Assembly (NCBI GenBank): GCA_028023455.1
Contig: JAQFVV010000007.1
Span: forward strand, 18,228,001 to 18,292,000
DNA from: Epiperipatus broadwayi
Lineage: Eukaryota; Animalia; Onychophora
DNA length: 64,000 bases
Direction: 5' to 3'
This document shows, piece after piece, positions 1 through 11,108 of the stretch. The first letter of the stretch is position 1, and each line of letters opens with the position of its first letter. The position numbers and the translations under genes were made by a program. The notes below the pieces were generated by a model. It ran no database searches and was not told the DNA's origin. It worked only from the letters and a program-made list of their open reading frames with translations.

Positions 1-300
1 TTGCACTGACTGCATTACTGCATGGAGAGTTGATGATATCAGTTTTAAACAGTAGCAAACTCTCCATGCGTAGTGTCATCTAGTGCAAACCATAGTAATC
101 AACGGATGCAAAAATCTTTATGCGTAAATCCCTATCAGATTCCTCACTGATGAAAACCACAAACTAGAAACTAGTCTTGGGATATTGGACAAGTAAGCAC
201 TAGATAGGGATTTTTGCAACACAACTTTTTACATCCATTGATCACCAAAGTTTGCATTGAGTGCACTAATGTATAGTGAGTTTGCTATTCTTTTAACAGA
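1..300. repeat. HHR-B family fold-back remnant; inverted segments flank a hammerhead motif
   Basis: 1-30 is the reverse complement of about 56-90, and about 100-137 is inverted relative to about 203-245. The sequence matches the HHR-B monomer at 2690-3685. Confidence 0.75.
141..182 (+). ncRNA. Hammerhead ribozyme motif, family B (stem II degenerate)
   Basis: TCCTCA-CTGATGA-AAACCACAAACTA-GAAA-CTAG-TC-TTGGGA. Core boxes and palindromic ACTAGT stem III are present; stem II pairing is largely lost relative to the 2794-2835 copy. Confidence 0.6.
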
Positions 301-1159
301 TTAGTAAGCATAGAAAATGTTGTTTGGGTGATGTTTTAGATATCAGTTTTGTAAAAGTTTTTTGTACAACCTGATTGACTAAAGTTATTGAAAATATAGC
401 CATCAAATGGCTACATCAAAGAAGATTTCTTTTGAGTCACATCCACTTCATATCTTAGAAGTTTATAGTAAGCACTTTGAACACATGATCATTAAAGATT
501 TACCTCAACTAACTCTATTTAGAATTTCCAGTGAAGTTACCCAACAATAGAAATAGAAACTTCTGTTTTCTAGTGAAATCATGCAGTGATTTGAAATTAG
601 AACTTTATGTAATAATATAGTGTTAGGTGGAATAGTTCATTATGTTTTGTGACATCTGAGCATTAAGTTCTGATTGCTACTCAATATTCTAATAATGTGG
701 ACTTAATTTGAAATGAACTATTATAAATTTAAACTATTACTGATATTGTTATGCTCAAATAAAGTTAAATTATGAATCTTGCATAGAAATCTATTCATAG
801 AACTAAGTCTGATTACATTGTTAAAAAAGACTAGAAATTTATTTGCATACTCATTTAAAATCGTTAAAATCTTGCATGTTTACATAAATAATAACCTGAT
901 CTGACTAACTACAATAATGAAAAGATAAGACATACTCTGTCTCAAGATGTTTTCTCAGTTTTTAACAATGATATTTCTCAGTTATTAACAATGACATTAT
1001 ATTATATCAATCATCATATATGCAAACAAAAAATTTCTAATGTAGCATTGTAAGGAGTAAGTCGAGATGTTTTATTTATATTAATAAAAAACATATATAT
1101 TGTATATAAATATTTGATCTACAGGCATTTTTATATATTTGGAGCTTAATTGTAAATAT

Positions 1160-1497
1160 AGGTGATTTGAACTCAGACTTTCAAGCACCCTTCAAGCTAT
1201 CCACACTATCTCATACCACTGATACACATGACCACACACATGTAGAAATGATAAATAATCACCAATACATGTATTTTGTGCTAAACCAGCACTTATCAGT
1301 TTGTCAAGATTATTAATTGAGCACTGATTATATCTATATGTGTGGGAGATGATAATCTGGACCAAATGATGAGGGCTGGTTCAGCACAAAATACATGTAT
1401 TGGTGATTATTTATGTTTTCTACATGTGTGTGGTCATGTGTATCAGTTGTATGAAATAGTAGTTGAAAGATGCTTGAAATTCTGAGTTCAAATCTCC
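1160..1497. repeat. Inverted dimer of the HHR-A (subtype A1) repeat, one degenerate hammerhead per arm
   Basis: About 1160-1310 is the reverse complement of about 1350-1497. Minus arm: CTGATAA-GTGCTGGTTTAGCAC-AAAA. Plus arm: ATGATGA-GGGCTGGTTCAGCAC-AAAA. Confidence 0.8.
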
Positions 1498-2793
1498 TAT
1501 ATATATATATTGTATATGTAATTATTTTTTTAAAGTGTTGTTTTCTTTTTCTTCATTAATTTTGGGTATCGTGAATAAAAAAATATATATATATATATAT
1601 TTTTTTAAATGTATTTAAAGGTCGAATACAAGATTTATTAATAGTGGCAAATAACATGCACACAATGATGGATCTGGGTTAAGTGTAATGGTTTACTATC
1701 AACACAGGTGCAACCTGTATACTGTTATAAATGTTAAAACTACATACCATTATAAATGGAAATCCGTCATACATTATAAATAGTGCACCAACTTAGGTTC
1801 AAACTATTAACTGTTATAATGTATATAATTAAAGAAACTCTTATTCAAATTAAATGCACTAAAAAGTAAAAAATAAATTTTCTTCCATTTTCACAGTGTT
1901 TTTGATATTATGTAACTAAAAATAAGTCATGGGATGCTTATGTTTAGAAACTGTTTAACATATATTTACAAGTTATACGTAAGTTATCATTTCATGATTT
2001 ATTCTTCTTGAGGTTATTAAAAATAAGTACTTAGAGGTTTTGCTTTAAAAAGTAAACTAATATCAAATTTATTATCATGAATATTTAAATAGAATGACTT
2101 TTATTGTTTCAAGTCTGAATTTATCACACGACTCTAACATAATTCCAACATACACATTGCTGTTTGAGGAGCAAGCTTTAGTAAATAATAGATGTCAAAT
2201 AATAGAGCTTAATAAATTTCTAAACTAGTGTCTAGTTTATGGAATTTATCAGTGAGGAGCTTTGTAACTTGGAAAAAGGCATTTGGGCCTTTAGGATCTA
2301 ATGCACATTCTTTCTGGAAGCCATAATTTACTCCTCTGTGATGTTAAGCTAAGATGAAAAGCATATGAATGTTTTCAATCTAAGCCAACATACTCATATA
2401 GTCATATAGATTTGAAACTATTTAGTATTTACATATTATAGTGTTGTTAATCTTTTAGCAACTATGGACATCTATATCCTGTGGCTTGGATTAGTATGAA
2501 ACCAATGAAGTGTCACATGACACTATCACATGACTCCAGCATACACATTAATGTTTCAGTAGCATACATTTTTTTAACTATTAGTTACTAAAGCTTCCAT
2601 TAGATGGCATAGCAGAGTTGAAAGAAAAAATGATGTTAAACCACTAAACATCATATGACCACCATCCCTTATGCTAGCACATAACTGTTATTAAACAGGC
2701 AAAACTCTCCATACAGTAGTGTCAACCAGAGTAATCAATGGATGCCAGAGGGCTTGTGCATAAAATTCCCATCTAGTGCTTACTCATCCAATA

Positions 2794-2835
2794 TCCCCAG
2801 ACTAGTTTCTGGCCTGTGGCCTTCATCAGTGAGGA
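2794..2835 (-). ncRNA. Minimal type-I hammerhead ribozyme, family B (best copy)
   Basis: Minus strand: TCCTCA CTGATGA A GGCC ACA GGCC A GAAA CTAG TC/TGGGGA. Stem I TCCTCA:TGGGGA, stem II GGCC:GGCC, palindromic stem III ACTAGT, GUC triplet with predicted cut between 2800 and 2799. Confidence 0.8.
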
Positions 2836-3529
2836 GCCTTGGATCTGAGAGCACTACATCTAGATCTTAGGATCCAATGCAACCTTCCAGCAGCCACCTT
2901 TTATTTCTAATTAACTACAAAACTATGAGAATGAAATTGAAAATACACAAATGTTTTCAATCTAAGCTAAATAGCTTATATAGTCATATGGGTCTGAACT
3001 CAATTCGGCACCCATACATTTTGCTGTCTTTGGCTCTTTAACAACCATAGCCACCACTATCCTATTAGGCAGGATTGGTGTTAAACCATTAAACATCACA
3101 TGATCACCATCTCTTATGCTAGCACATAACTGTTATTAAACAGGCAAAACTCCATACAGTAGTGGCATCCATTGATTACTCTTGTTGGCACAGGGTGATA
3201 CTACTGTATGAAGAGTTTTACATATTTAATAACAGTTATGTGCTAGCATAAGAGATGTTGATCATGTGATGTTTAGTGGTTTAACATCAATCCTGCCTAA
3301 TAGGATAGTGGTGGCTATGGTTATTAAAGAACCAAAGACACCAAAATGTATGGGTGCTGAATTGAGTTCAGACCCATATGACTATATAAGCTATTGAGCT
3401 TAGATTTAAAATATTTGTATGTTTTCAATTTCATTCTCATAGTTTTGTAGTTAAGTAGAGATAACAGATGGCTGCTGGAGGGTTGCATTGGATTTTAAGA
3501 TCTAGGTGCAGTGCTCTCAGATCCAAGGT

Positions 3530-3571
3530 TCCTCACTGACAAAGACCACATGCCAGAAACTAGTCTGGGGA
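3530..3571 (+). ncRNA. Degenerate hammerhead, family B
   Basis: TCCTCA CTGACAA AGACCACATGCCA GAAA CTAGTC TGGGGA. The CUGAUGA box is mutated, so it is probably inactive. Confidence 0.6.
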
Positions 3572-5040
3572 TATCAGATGAGTAGGCACTAGATACGGAT
3601 TTTATGCACAAGCCTTCTGGCATCCATTGATTACTCTGATTAGCACAGGGTGGCACTACTGTATGGAGAGTTTTGCCTGTTTAAAAAATAATGTCTGAAT
3701 TTGTTTTTATATATACATATAAGATTTAGTAGGTAACCCAAGAGATATTTTTTTGGTGGCAAAAAAATAATTTGGCCATTAACACTTCTGAAATTTTACC
3801 ACGCTCTTTTTGTGAAGGGTATTTTGCATGATCTGGTATTTATTAAAACTACATTATCATATGTATAATATTTATAACCTTATAATCTATCACCAGGTTT
3901 TTGGAATATTACAAGTACATATATTGCTAATATTAAACCATAAATGCACATAAATAATTGGTTATCATATGTTAATCGCATAACCCCAGCCAATGCTAAA
4001 AATTACTCAATAGAATATCATCAATCTATTATCAGAGCAACACTCAGACAAAATTTTCATTTATTATTTCTGTGTTATCATGACAATAGATTACTGATAT
4101 TCTTCAGGTTAATTTTAAGTATTGGCTGGGTGGTTTAGAGAAGCATTAATGGTGAGAGAACTGGGTTGCATTGTAAGAACCTTGATCTCTAGAGCATACC
4201 TCTGCACTAATCCATTCAAGGAATTAAAAAATAAATGCAAACTCATATCAACAAATAGCAATTATTTTAATATTAATTATATACTACATCCAAGTAGAAG
4301 TACCTGTTACTATGTTGTTTCAACCTGCATTGGAGACAAAAACTTAACACATCTTGTAAATTCAGTTTATAGTAACTCATCTTTAATTCTTGATCTTATT
4401 TGTGTTATTGCATAATCAAGAAAAAATCTATTTCAATACTTTAAATATTAGAATTTTTTTCTTTTAACTAAAAAATAGTGTATCTGTTTGTCCACATTAG
4501 TAGGTGATGCCAGTTTAAAATTGACTTCTGGCCTTTATAGAAATGACATTCACTACCTTAGTATAATCTATTATCTACTTAATTTATCAGGCTGTTCAGT
4601 ACAACAATTATTATAATGATCATAAAGCCTACCTATCTTATTGCTAGTCATAGATCAATTTTACTACTAGCCAAAGAGGCAAATCTTAAATCAAGATCTT
4701 CTTTCTGAATATTCAATCAAGGAACTTTTCAATTCACTGAAAAATAATGGCATAAAAATATGTTTTGTGTGTGGCACCAACCAAATTTCATGTCCCATAT
4801 TCAATATTAAAATTAGCTGGATTAAATCTTTCTAAACATTATTGAAGCCTAGTAAGCAAATAGAGAAAGCACTCATGGTTACTATGATATAATAAATCAA
4901 AATATAAATTGAAACAAATGTTTTTAATGAAAGAATTGATTTTTAGATGATTAGCACTGTTTTTAATTAGCTTTAAATAAATTATTTAATTCATTAAAAT
5001 CAGTTGAATTCTGTGTTTATTTTTAAATATCACTTTTGTT

Positions 5041-5180
5041 TTTTATTACTTTTTACAATGCTTTTTACAACCCCCTATTGATGATTTCGATTACTCCAGC
5101 AATCTTTTTCAGAACTTCTACTTATATTTTTAAATCTTAATTTATATTATATGGATTTGCCAATGCAGTAAGAAAGATAA
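5041..5180 (-). repeat. HHR-C family copy with degenerate hammerhead (5077-5115)
   Basis: Minus strand: GTT CTGAAAA A GATTGC TGGA GTAATC GAAA TCA TC AAT. Flanks match 44575-44810. Confidence 0.65.
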
Positions 5181-5299
5181 AGTTTTTTTTTCATTAATAA
5201 AAAAGGATGTAGCCAATAAAATATGTTTCTTTACTACCTATTAATCAATAGCTAATATAGAAATGTCAATAACTGAAACACATGCTTAATATATACCAT

Positions 5300-5490
5300 C
5301 TGAGCACTTATAGTATATATGTGTGGGAGATGATAATCTGCACCAACTGATGATTGCTGGTTTAGCATGAAATATGTATATGGTGATTATTTATCTTTTC
5401 AGCATATATGTGCTTGAGTGTATCAGTGTTATTAGATAGAGTGGAGAGTGGTGGGTCATGTGAAAGTCTGTGCTCATATACCCTATATTA
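5300..5490 (+). repeat. HHR-A1 copy with hammerhead motif at about 5325-5395
   Basis: CCAA CTGATGA TTGCTG GTT TAGCAT GAAA TATGTA; the closing pair of stem II is mismatched. Flanks match 1330-1497. Confidence 0.75.
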
Positions 5491-6800
5491 GAAATGTCAA
5501 ATGGCTTCTAGTTTATCATTTCTGATTTTGGTCTTTCTGTCTTTATTAATGTTTTAATGTCAATAAAACTCAGAGATCCAATGATTTTGTGAATAAAAAA
5601 TCATTTAGTCAATGCATATTGATAGATTTGTTTTGTTTTTGTAAAATTACAATGGTTCTAAATATATATATATAATGTAAAAATATAGAATGCCAAAACT
5701 AAACTAATCAATATAATAAACTAAGTAAACCAATTAAATCATTAGGCACAATTAATTAGTCATCTACAATACTTTCCCTGCCAAGTCAAACTTTTTAAAC
5801 CTAATATAACACAAATTTAGTTGAAATTATAGATTGGTAGGATAGTGTATATTTGTTTTGTGGTGTGCTATTTTGCATTTGAGAAGTCTCCCTTGGCAGA
5901 GAAACTATTGGTAGTGGTTTTGTAATTTAATTTTGACTAGAGGATTTAATTATGAATTGGTACATTTAGTTTATTATTATAGAAATATATACAACATGGA
6001 TCAAAAGGCAGATTTGAAAAATTATTTTTATCATGCTGATATGTGATACATTTGATAAATATATATTTAATAGTCCTTCAATGATAATAGAAAATGTATA
6101 TTGCACACAAGTGTAAGTTATTTGGAGCATGAGAAAAGATGTGTAAGTTGTTGCAAATATTTTCTACTGTCACACCAGCACTGGCATAATTTTTATACTA
6201 TGTTATTTTACTAATGCAACTTAATTGTTTTGAAGAGAGAAGATAAGCACATGTCTTTACCGATATGATTATGTATGGTTACAAATAATGGCAAAACTTA
6301 ATTAATGCTGTATGGATTTGGTTTAAATAGCTGCTTCCAAGAGACAACCAATGTGACAAACATAAAAAATTATCAGAATAACCATTCTGGAAGCTATAGA
6401 ATAAAGAAAATGAATGATTTTCTTATTTTTGTGGGGGAAAAGTTAAATATAAGTGCTTGATTTTGTCATTCTTTTAATAAAAAAAAGTTGAAAAAACTTA
6501 GGAAGCATGCATTTAAAATGCACTACTTCTACCATATCTACTTAAAAATGGAATTTTAAAAATCTAGGGTTTTGATATTATGAGCACCTGATAAACTATG
6601 AGATAAATAACTGCAAAATCTATGTTTGTAAAGAAAGAAATAAAAGTCCCCAAAAAAGTCTCTGGCGAACTTACATCCAGGTTAATAACTCAATTTATGA
6701 ATATTTGGCTATCTTAAAAAGTCCAAATGCTAACTAAAATAGGTGTATTTTTTCAACTTTTAAAAATCATCATACATATTGTCAAAGAATTAGATTCATA

Positions 6801-7021
6801 ATCATCATCATCATTATCAACCATTATCAATCCACTGCAGGATGGTCTCTCCAAGTTCAATCCATGTTCTCTGATCTTTAATTTCTCTTCCCCATATCAC
6901 CTCTGCACCCTTTCTTATTTCATCCATCCATCTCACATGTGGTTTCTTTTTGGGTCTTTTACAATCTCTTAGAATCCGGTTTAAGATTTCAATTGTCCAT
7001 ATATTATCATCTCTTCTAGAG
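6801..7021 (-). mobile_element. RTE-clade LINE 3' end fragment
   Basis: Reverse complement carries the same 3' end as 34700-34900 and 47462-47660, ending ATCCTGCAGTGGATTGATAATGGTTGATAATGATGATG. Confidence 0.8.
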
Positions 7022-7544
7022 ATTCATAATACAATCTAATAAAACAAAAGCAAACTGATTGTTTGTGCTTTAAGTCAAAGTTCAAATCCTAATTTAGTGT
7101 CCACTTCTTTTATTTTTCTTATGAAATCACTTCAGTAAAACCATCTTCAAAAATAATCAATATTTTTTATTATTTTTTATCAAAGTAAAAATACTATTTA
7201 CATTTTTCTTTTACATTAGTAATAAGATATAACATATTTTGTAATAAAGATTCAATTTTAATTACTAAGACCCTAAGACTAATCTGCCCAGCAATGTTTC
7301 CCTATAATAATTGGTGTTGTTTGCAATTAATTATGCAATTTCTTTTTTTATTATATAAAGATTGATAATCTTGAATTAAAATAATTTCACAACTACAAAT
7401 ATCTTGGTCAGATTATCAATGCAGATTAGAGTATAATGGATGAAATTAATAATAGAATTAAACCAGGATGCAGTATTTTTGGCAGTAATAACTTAGTATT
7501 TTAAGGAAATGTATTTGAATAAATTTTTTTTAATTAATAATGTG

Positions 7545-7960
7545 TTTTAACAGTTCTTACTTATGGACCTGAGACTTGGATATTCAACAGAATAGCAGTA
7601 CAGGGACTTCAGATCACTTGACAAACTATGGAGAGATGTATTAGTAGTAGTAAAAAGAGATGAAAATGAAATACATCGGTGGAAAAACAACAGGAGTTAC
7701 TGACATCATTGAAAGAATTAGGAAACTGAAATGGAATTGGGCTGAACTTATTGATAAAAAGAGAGGATAAGAACTGGACAGTTGAAGTTTAAATTGGATC
7801 TGAAGAAATTGTAGAAGAACTAAGAAAGATCAATATGTTAGATAGATGGATAAAATAAGAAAGTTCATTGGTGTGATATGGAAAGATGAATAATGCATAC
7901 AGAAACTGGATTAAACTTGGAAAAACTCATTGTGAAATGAATTGATAATTGTTGAAAATG
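7545..7960 (+). mobile_element. RTE-clade LINE RT C-terminal fragment (decayed)
   Basis: Frameshifted translation gives YGPETWIFNR...GVTDIIERIRKLKWNWA, typical of the RTE C-terminus. Confidence 0.8.
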
Positions 7961-9750
7961 ATGGTGTTATATCTTTAAGTTTCCCCCATCAACTCAAAAT
8001 GCCATGCTCTAGAAGTAACAATGTGAGCATAACAATCTCAACTGAGGTTTTATTTAATTTTCTTTAGCTGGGACTCTATCAGGATCTTCTAGTTCTTAAG
8101 TCTGTTACTCATAGGACATAGTAAAGTAATAAATGAGCTCAACATCTGGAGTTTAGTTCTCCTCCCTTATCCCTGTTGGATGCTGCAACATATTACAATC
8201 ATATTTTTGTTTTCATCATCACCAGTACTGAAATACATTCAGTTAAAGATAGCTAGATCCAATTTTAATAATAATTAGACAATAAGTTGAATTATTGACC
8301 AGTTTCCAAGAAGAAAAATTGGCTCTCACAGAAATCCCCAGCTTTTTTTAAAAAAATCCAGATTCAAACCCCTGGGTTTAGAACATTGCACAATACAGAG
8401 TATTTCAAAATGATGAATCCAATTTTAAAGTGGCATATTTTCCATTGCAACATATTACCATCACATAAAAGATTACAAATGGTTTAATGAATTTTATTAA
8501 ACATTTTATAAATTCTCTTTGTGCATTCTCTCAAACTGCATTTTTCCAATGAAGTCACAGCTTTGGAGGTCATCCAGATTAGTGGCTAATGGTGGCACAG
8601 AAATACAGTTTTCATATGGTGTAATATCTGAAGATTTTGTTGAACTGTGAAATATCTTGGGTTGCAGGGTCAGCATCTTGCAGATGACTGAGAATAGGAC
8701 TACTTATGCACTGGAAAAACATCTAATAGTAATCATTTGGAGCTCCATGCCATATCCTTTCAAATGGTAAGAGTTTCATTTGTGGATATTGCAGAAATAT
8801 AACAATTTGAAATGATTTCATCTTTTTCAAGCATCGAGTAAATAGTTTTGATAAAATAATTAAAACCTTTAAAGTTATTAGGAAAGATGCTTATATGGTG
8901 TCTTAGAGTATAAAAGCATTGTAATTAAAATGTAGTAAAGTATATGCACTTATACCAATGTTTCTTACAGGGAGAAATAACAAAATATATTAAATGTAAC
9001 CTTGATGCACTTTCAAGATCTTTGCAAATGTGCTCAGCATCTTAAAGGCATTAAGGTTATATTAAATGCCCCCCCCCCCGTCTAATAAGCATTAATATAA
9101 TTGTGTTTTAATTTAATGTTAACTTTATTCATCTTTTTAATCTGATCATATATATATATGCATGTTTGTATGTTAATAATAGATTATTAGCTTGAAAGCA
9201 AAGGAGGTCAAAAATTCTGTCTATGAGATTTAATCATTAATCCATAGTCCGGGATCTCTAGATGATGTCTAATATTACAGATCCTATATTTTTAATAATG
9301 GTGGATTATAATAGTACATTTTTTTAAAGGAAATAAAAGCAATCGTGATCAAAATTCTACTAAAAATGTGTTTAGCTTAAAAATTGTCTTTTTATTTTAT
9401 TTTTTATTATAATTGCTTTAATTATATTAATATTCATTCACTCAATAACCTCCGATGTTGTGTTATCTTGCGTGTCAAGTTAGTTCTTTGGTAATTAACA
9501 ATTTTAATTTTACTTGTTTTACCACACCGAAGATGAGGCTGCGTTAAAATGATTTATTGCTTAAGATATTAACCATTCTAACATTTGACTTTATATTGTG
9601 AATAAACATACATAACTGCGGTCGTTGACCTTGCCACGACCTTATAACTTAAGTAGTCCATGACGTTACATGCTTTCAGCATTTTAAGTAATGTACAGCA
9701 TTGTAGAAACCTTGTAATCATGTTTTTTTCTCGTTTCTTTTCTTAATTAG

Positions 9751-9917
9751 TCCTGATCCGGAAGGCAAGCGAGAGTCTCGCCTGACTGTTATCATAGACC
9801 AACTGCTACATAATAAGAAAAAAGGTCTACAGGACGAAAACAATTCATGTAAAACCATTGTTGCTCCGCTCGAAAATCCTGTCATTAAAGAAGATTTAGA
9901 TAGCCGCGATGAAAATT
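9751..9917 (+). CDS. Internal coding exon of an unidentified host gene (phase 2 in, phase 1 out)
   Basis: Acceptor TTTCTTTTCTTAATTAG|, donor |GTAAGT, 167 nt. Open reading PDPEGKRESRLTVIIDQLLHNKKKGLQDENNSCKTIVAPLENPVIKEDLDSRDEN in a CpG-retaining, non-repeat region. Confidence 0.8.
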
Positions 9918-10645
9918 GTAAGTAACTATTGTAATTATTATTATTTAGCGCTATTAAAATATTTTCTGCTTTTAATTACAAAAAAATATATCAAGGCAAC
10001 CGCCACAAACATATCTATTAAACTTTATGAGTAGTCATATATATGCACCCGCACACACATGCTGTAGACTGTGTGCATTCATATTGATCATTATATTAAA
10101 TATTCTCAAGTCAAATTAAGATTTACTTTTTTTTTGTCTTGTTTAGCTTGCAAAACATATACGGTGCATTACAGTATATATATTAAATAAATTTACGCCG
10201 CCACAGCGTATTCTCAAATGTAGTAATATGGTTCATCGCAATTTCTAGAGTATATATATATTCATTGTACGTATAATTAGTGATTTTGGAAACAAGTTTT
10301 ATGATTCCAACTAATATTATGGTAAAGAGTATGATTATCAAGCAATATCAATTGCTTGATTGTCTTTAGTAATTAATTAATGTCTTTGCCCCGGGACATA
10401 AAAATTACATATAGTAAGTTTAATTTTTATATTTATATGCCTCGTAATGATTTAAAGAATTCCTTAAAGCTGTAATTATAAGAAATAGCAAGAAATGATA
10501 AACTATCATCGGTGATGTCTATGGGTTATTACTAGCTCGTGATATTTACCTTATTGCCGAGTTAGTTCATCCGCCCTTGTGCTTTCAGGCAGAGAATTTA
10601 ATATTCATACATTATCCTATTACTATATTTTATAGTTATCGACGC

Positions 10646-10775
10646 ACTGCATAGTTTAGTGTAATGGTAAAGTAGCAGGATTTAAAAATTAAGATTAATA
10701 GGATCGACCCCCATCCCTGTTACTTTTCGGCACTCTAACTTCTTATGAACCTCCCAACAATAAAGCCATTCGTTT
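10646..10775 (+). mobile_element. tRNA-derived SINE-like element (family 2)
   Basis: A-box-like TAGTGTAATGG and B-box-like GGATCGACCCC; similar to 58255-58380. Confidence 0.5.
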
Positions 10776-10874
10776 ATTTATTTTCTTATTTATGATTTAC
10801 CTGCAAAATTAAAAAAAAATCGCACATTATATAGAAAAAGACGCATATACTTGTATACTGTTTAAATAATTAAA

Positions 10875-11108
10875 AGAGATTTGAACCCAGACTTTCAAGC
10901 TCCATTCAGTCATCCATTCCATCTTACATAACCGATACACATGACCACATCCATGTGAAAAAGATAAATGATCTTCAATAACGTATTTCGTGCTGAACCA
11001 GCACTCATCAGTCGTTTCGGATCATCATCTCACGCATATATATATAATCAGTGTAAGGTGTAGTGGATGACTGAAGGGAGCTTGAAAGTCTGGGTTCAAA
11101 CCCTCTAA
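10875..11108. repeat. HHR-A1 element with about 55-bp terminal inverted repeats enclosing a hammerhead
   Basis: GAGATTTGAACCCAGACTTTCAAGCTCC... at the left end and ...GGAGCTTGAAAGTCTGGGTTCAAACCCTC at the right end. Confidence 0.8.
10962..11032 (-). ncRNA. Type-I hammerhead ribozyme, family A, intact catalytic core
   Basis: Minus strand: AGATGATGATCCGAAACGA CTGATGA GTGCTG GTT CAGCAC GAAA TACGTTA TTGAAGATCATTTATCT. Perfect 6-bp stem II; bulged stem I (CGA:TTG plus ATGATC:GATCAT). Stem III register and cleavage triplet are ambiguous. Confidence 0.8.

Larger units (their letters stand above)
2215..3685. repeat. HHR-B retrozyme-like array: two tandem minus-strand monomers followed by an inverted monomer (about 1-kb palindrome)
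   Basis: ATAACTGTTATTAAACAGGCAAAACT recurs at 2681 and 3126 (period 445 nt). About 2690-3160 is the reverse complement of about 3200-3685. There is one hammerhead motif per monomer (about 2250, 2794-2835, 3530-3571). Confidence 0.85.

Noticed and set aside
8050-8950. Possible minus-strand L1/Tx1 remnants here and at about 48550-48900 and 57250-58120
   Set aside because: Coding-like texture, but no motif I can identify with confidence.
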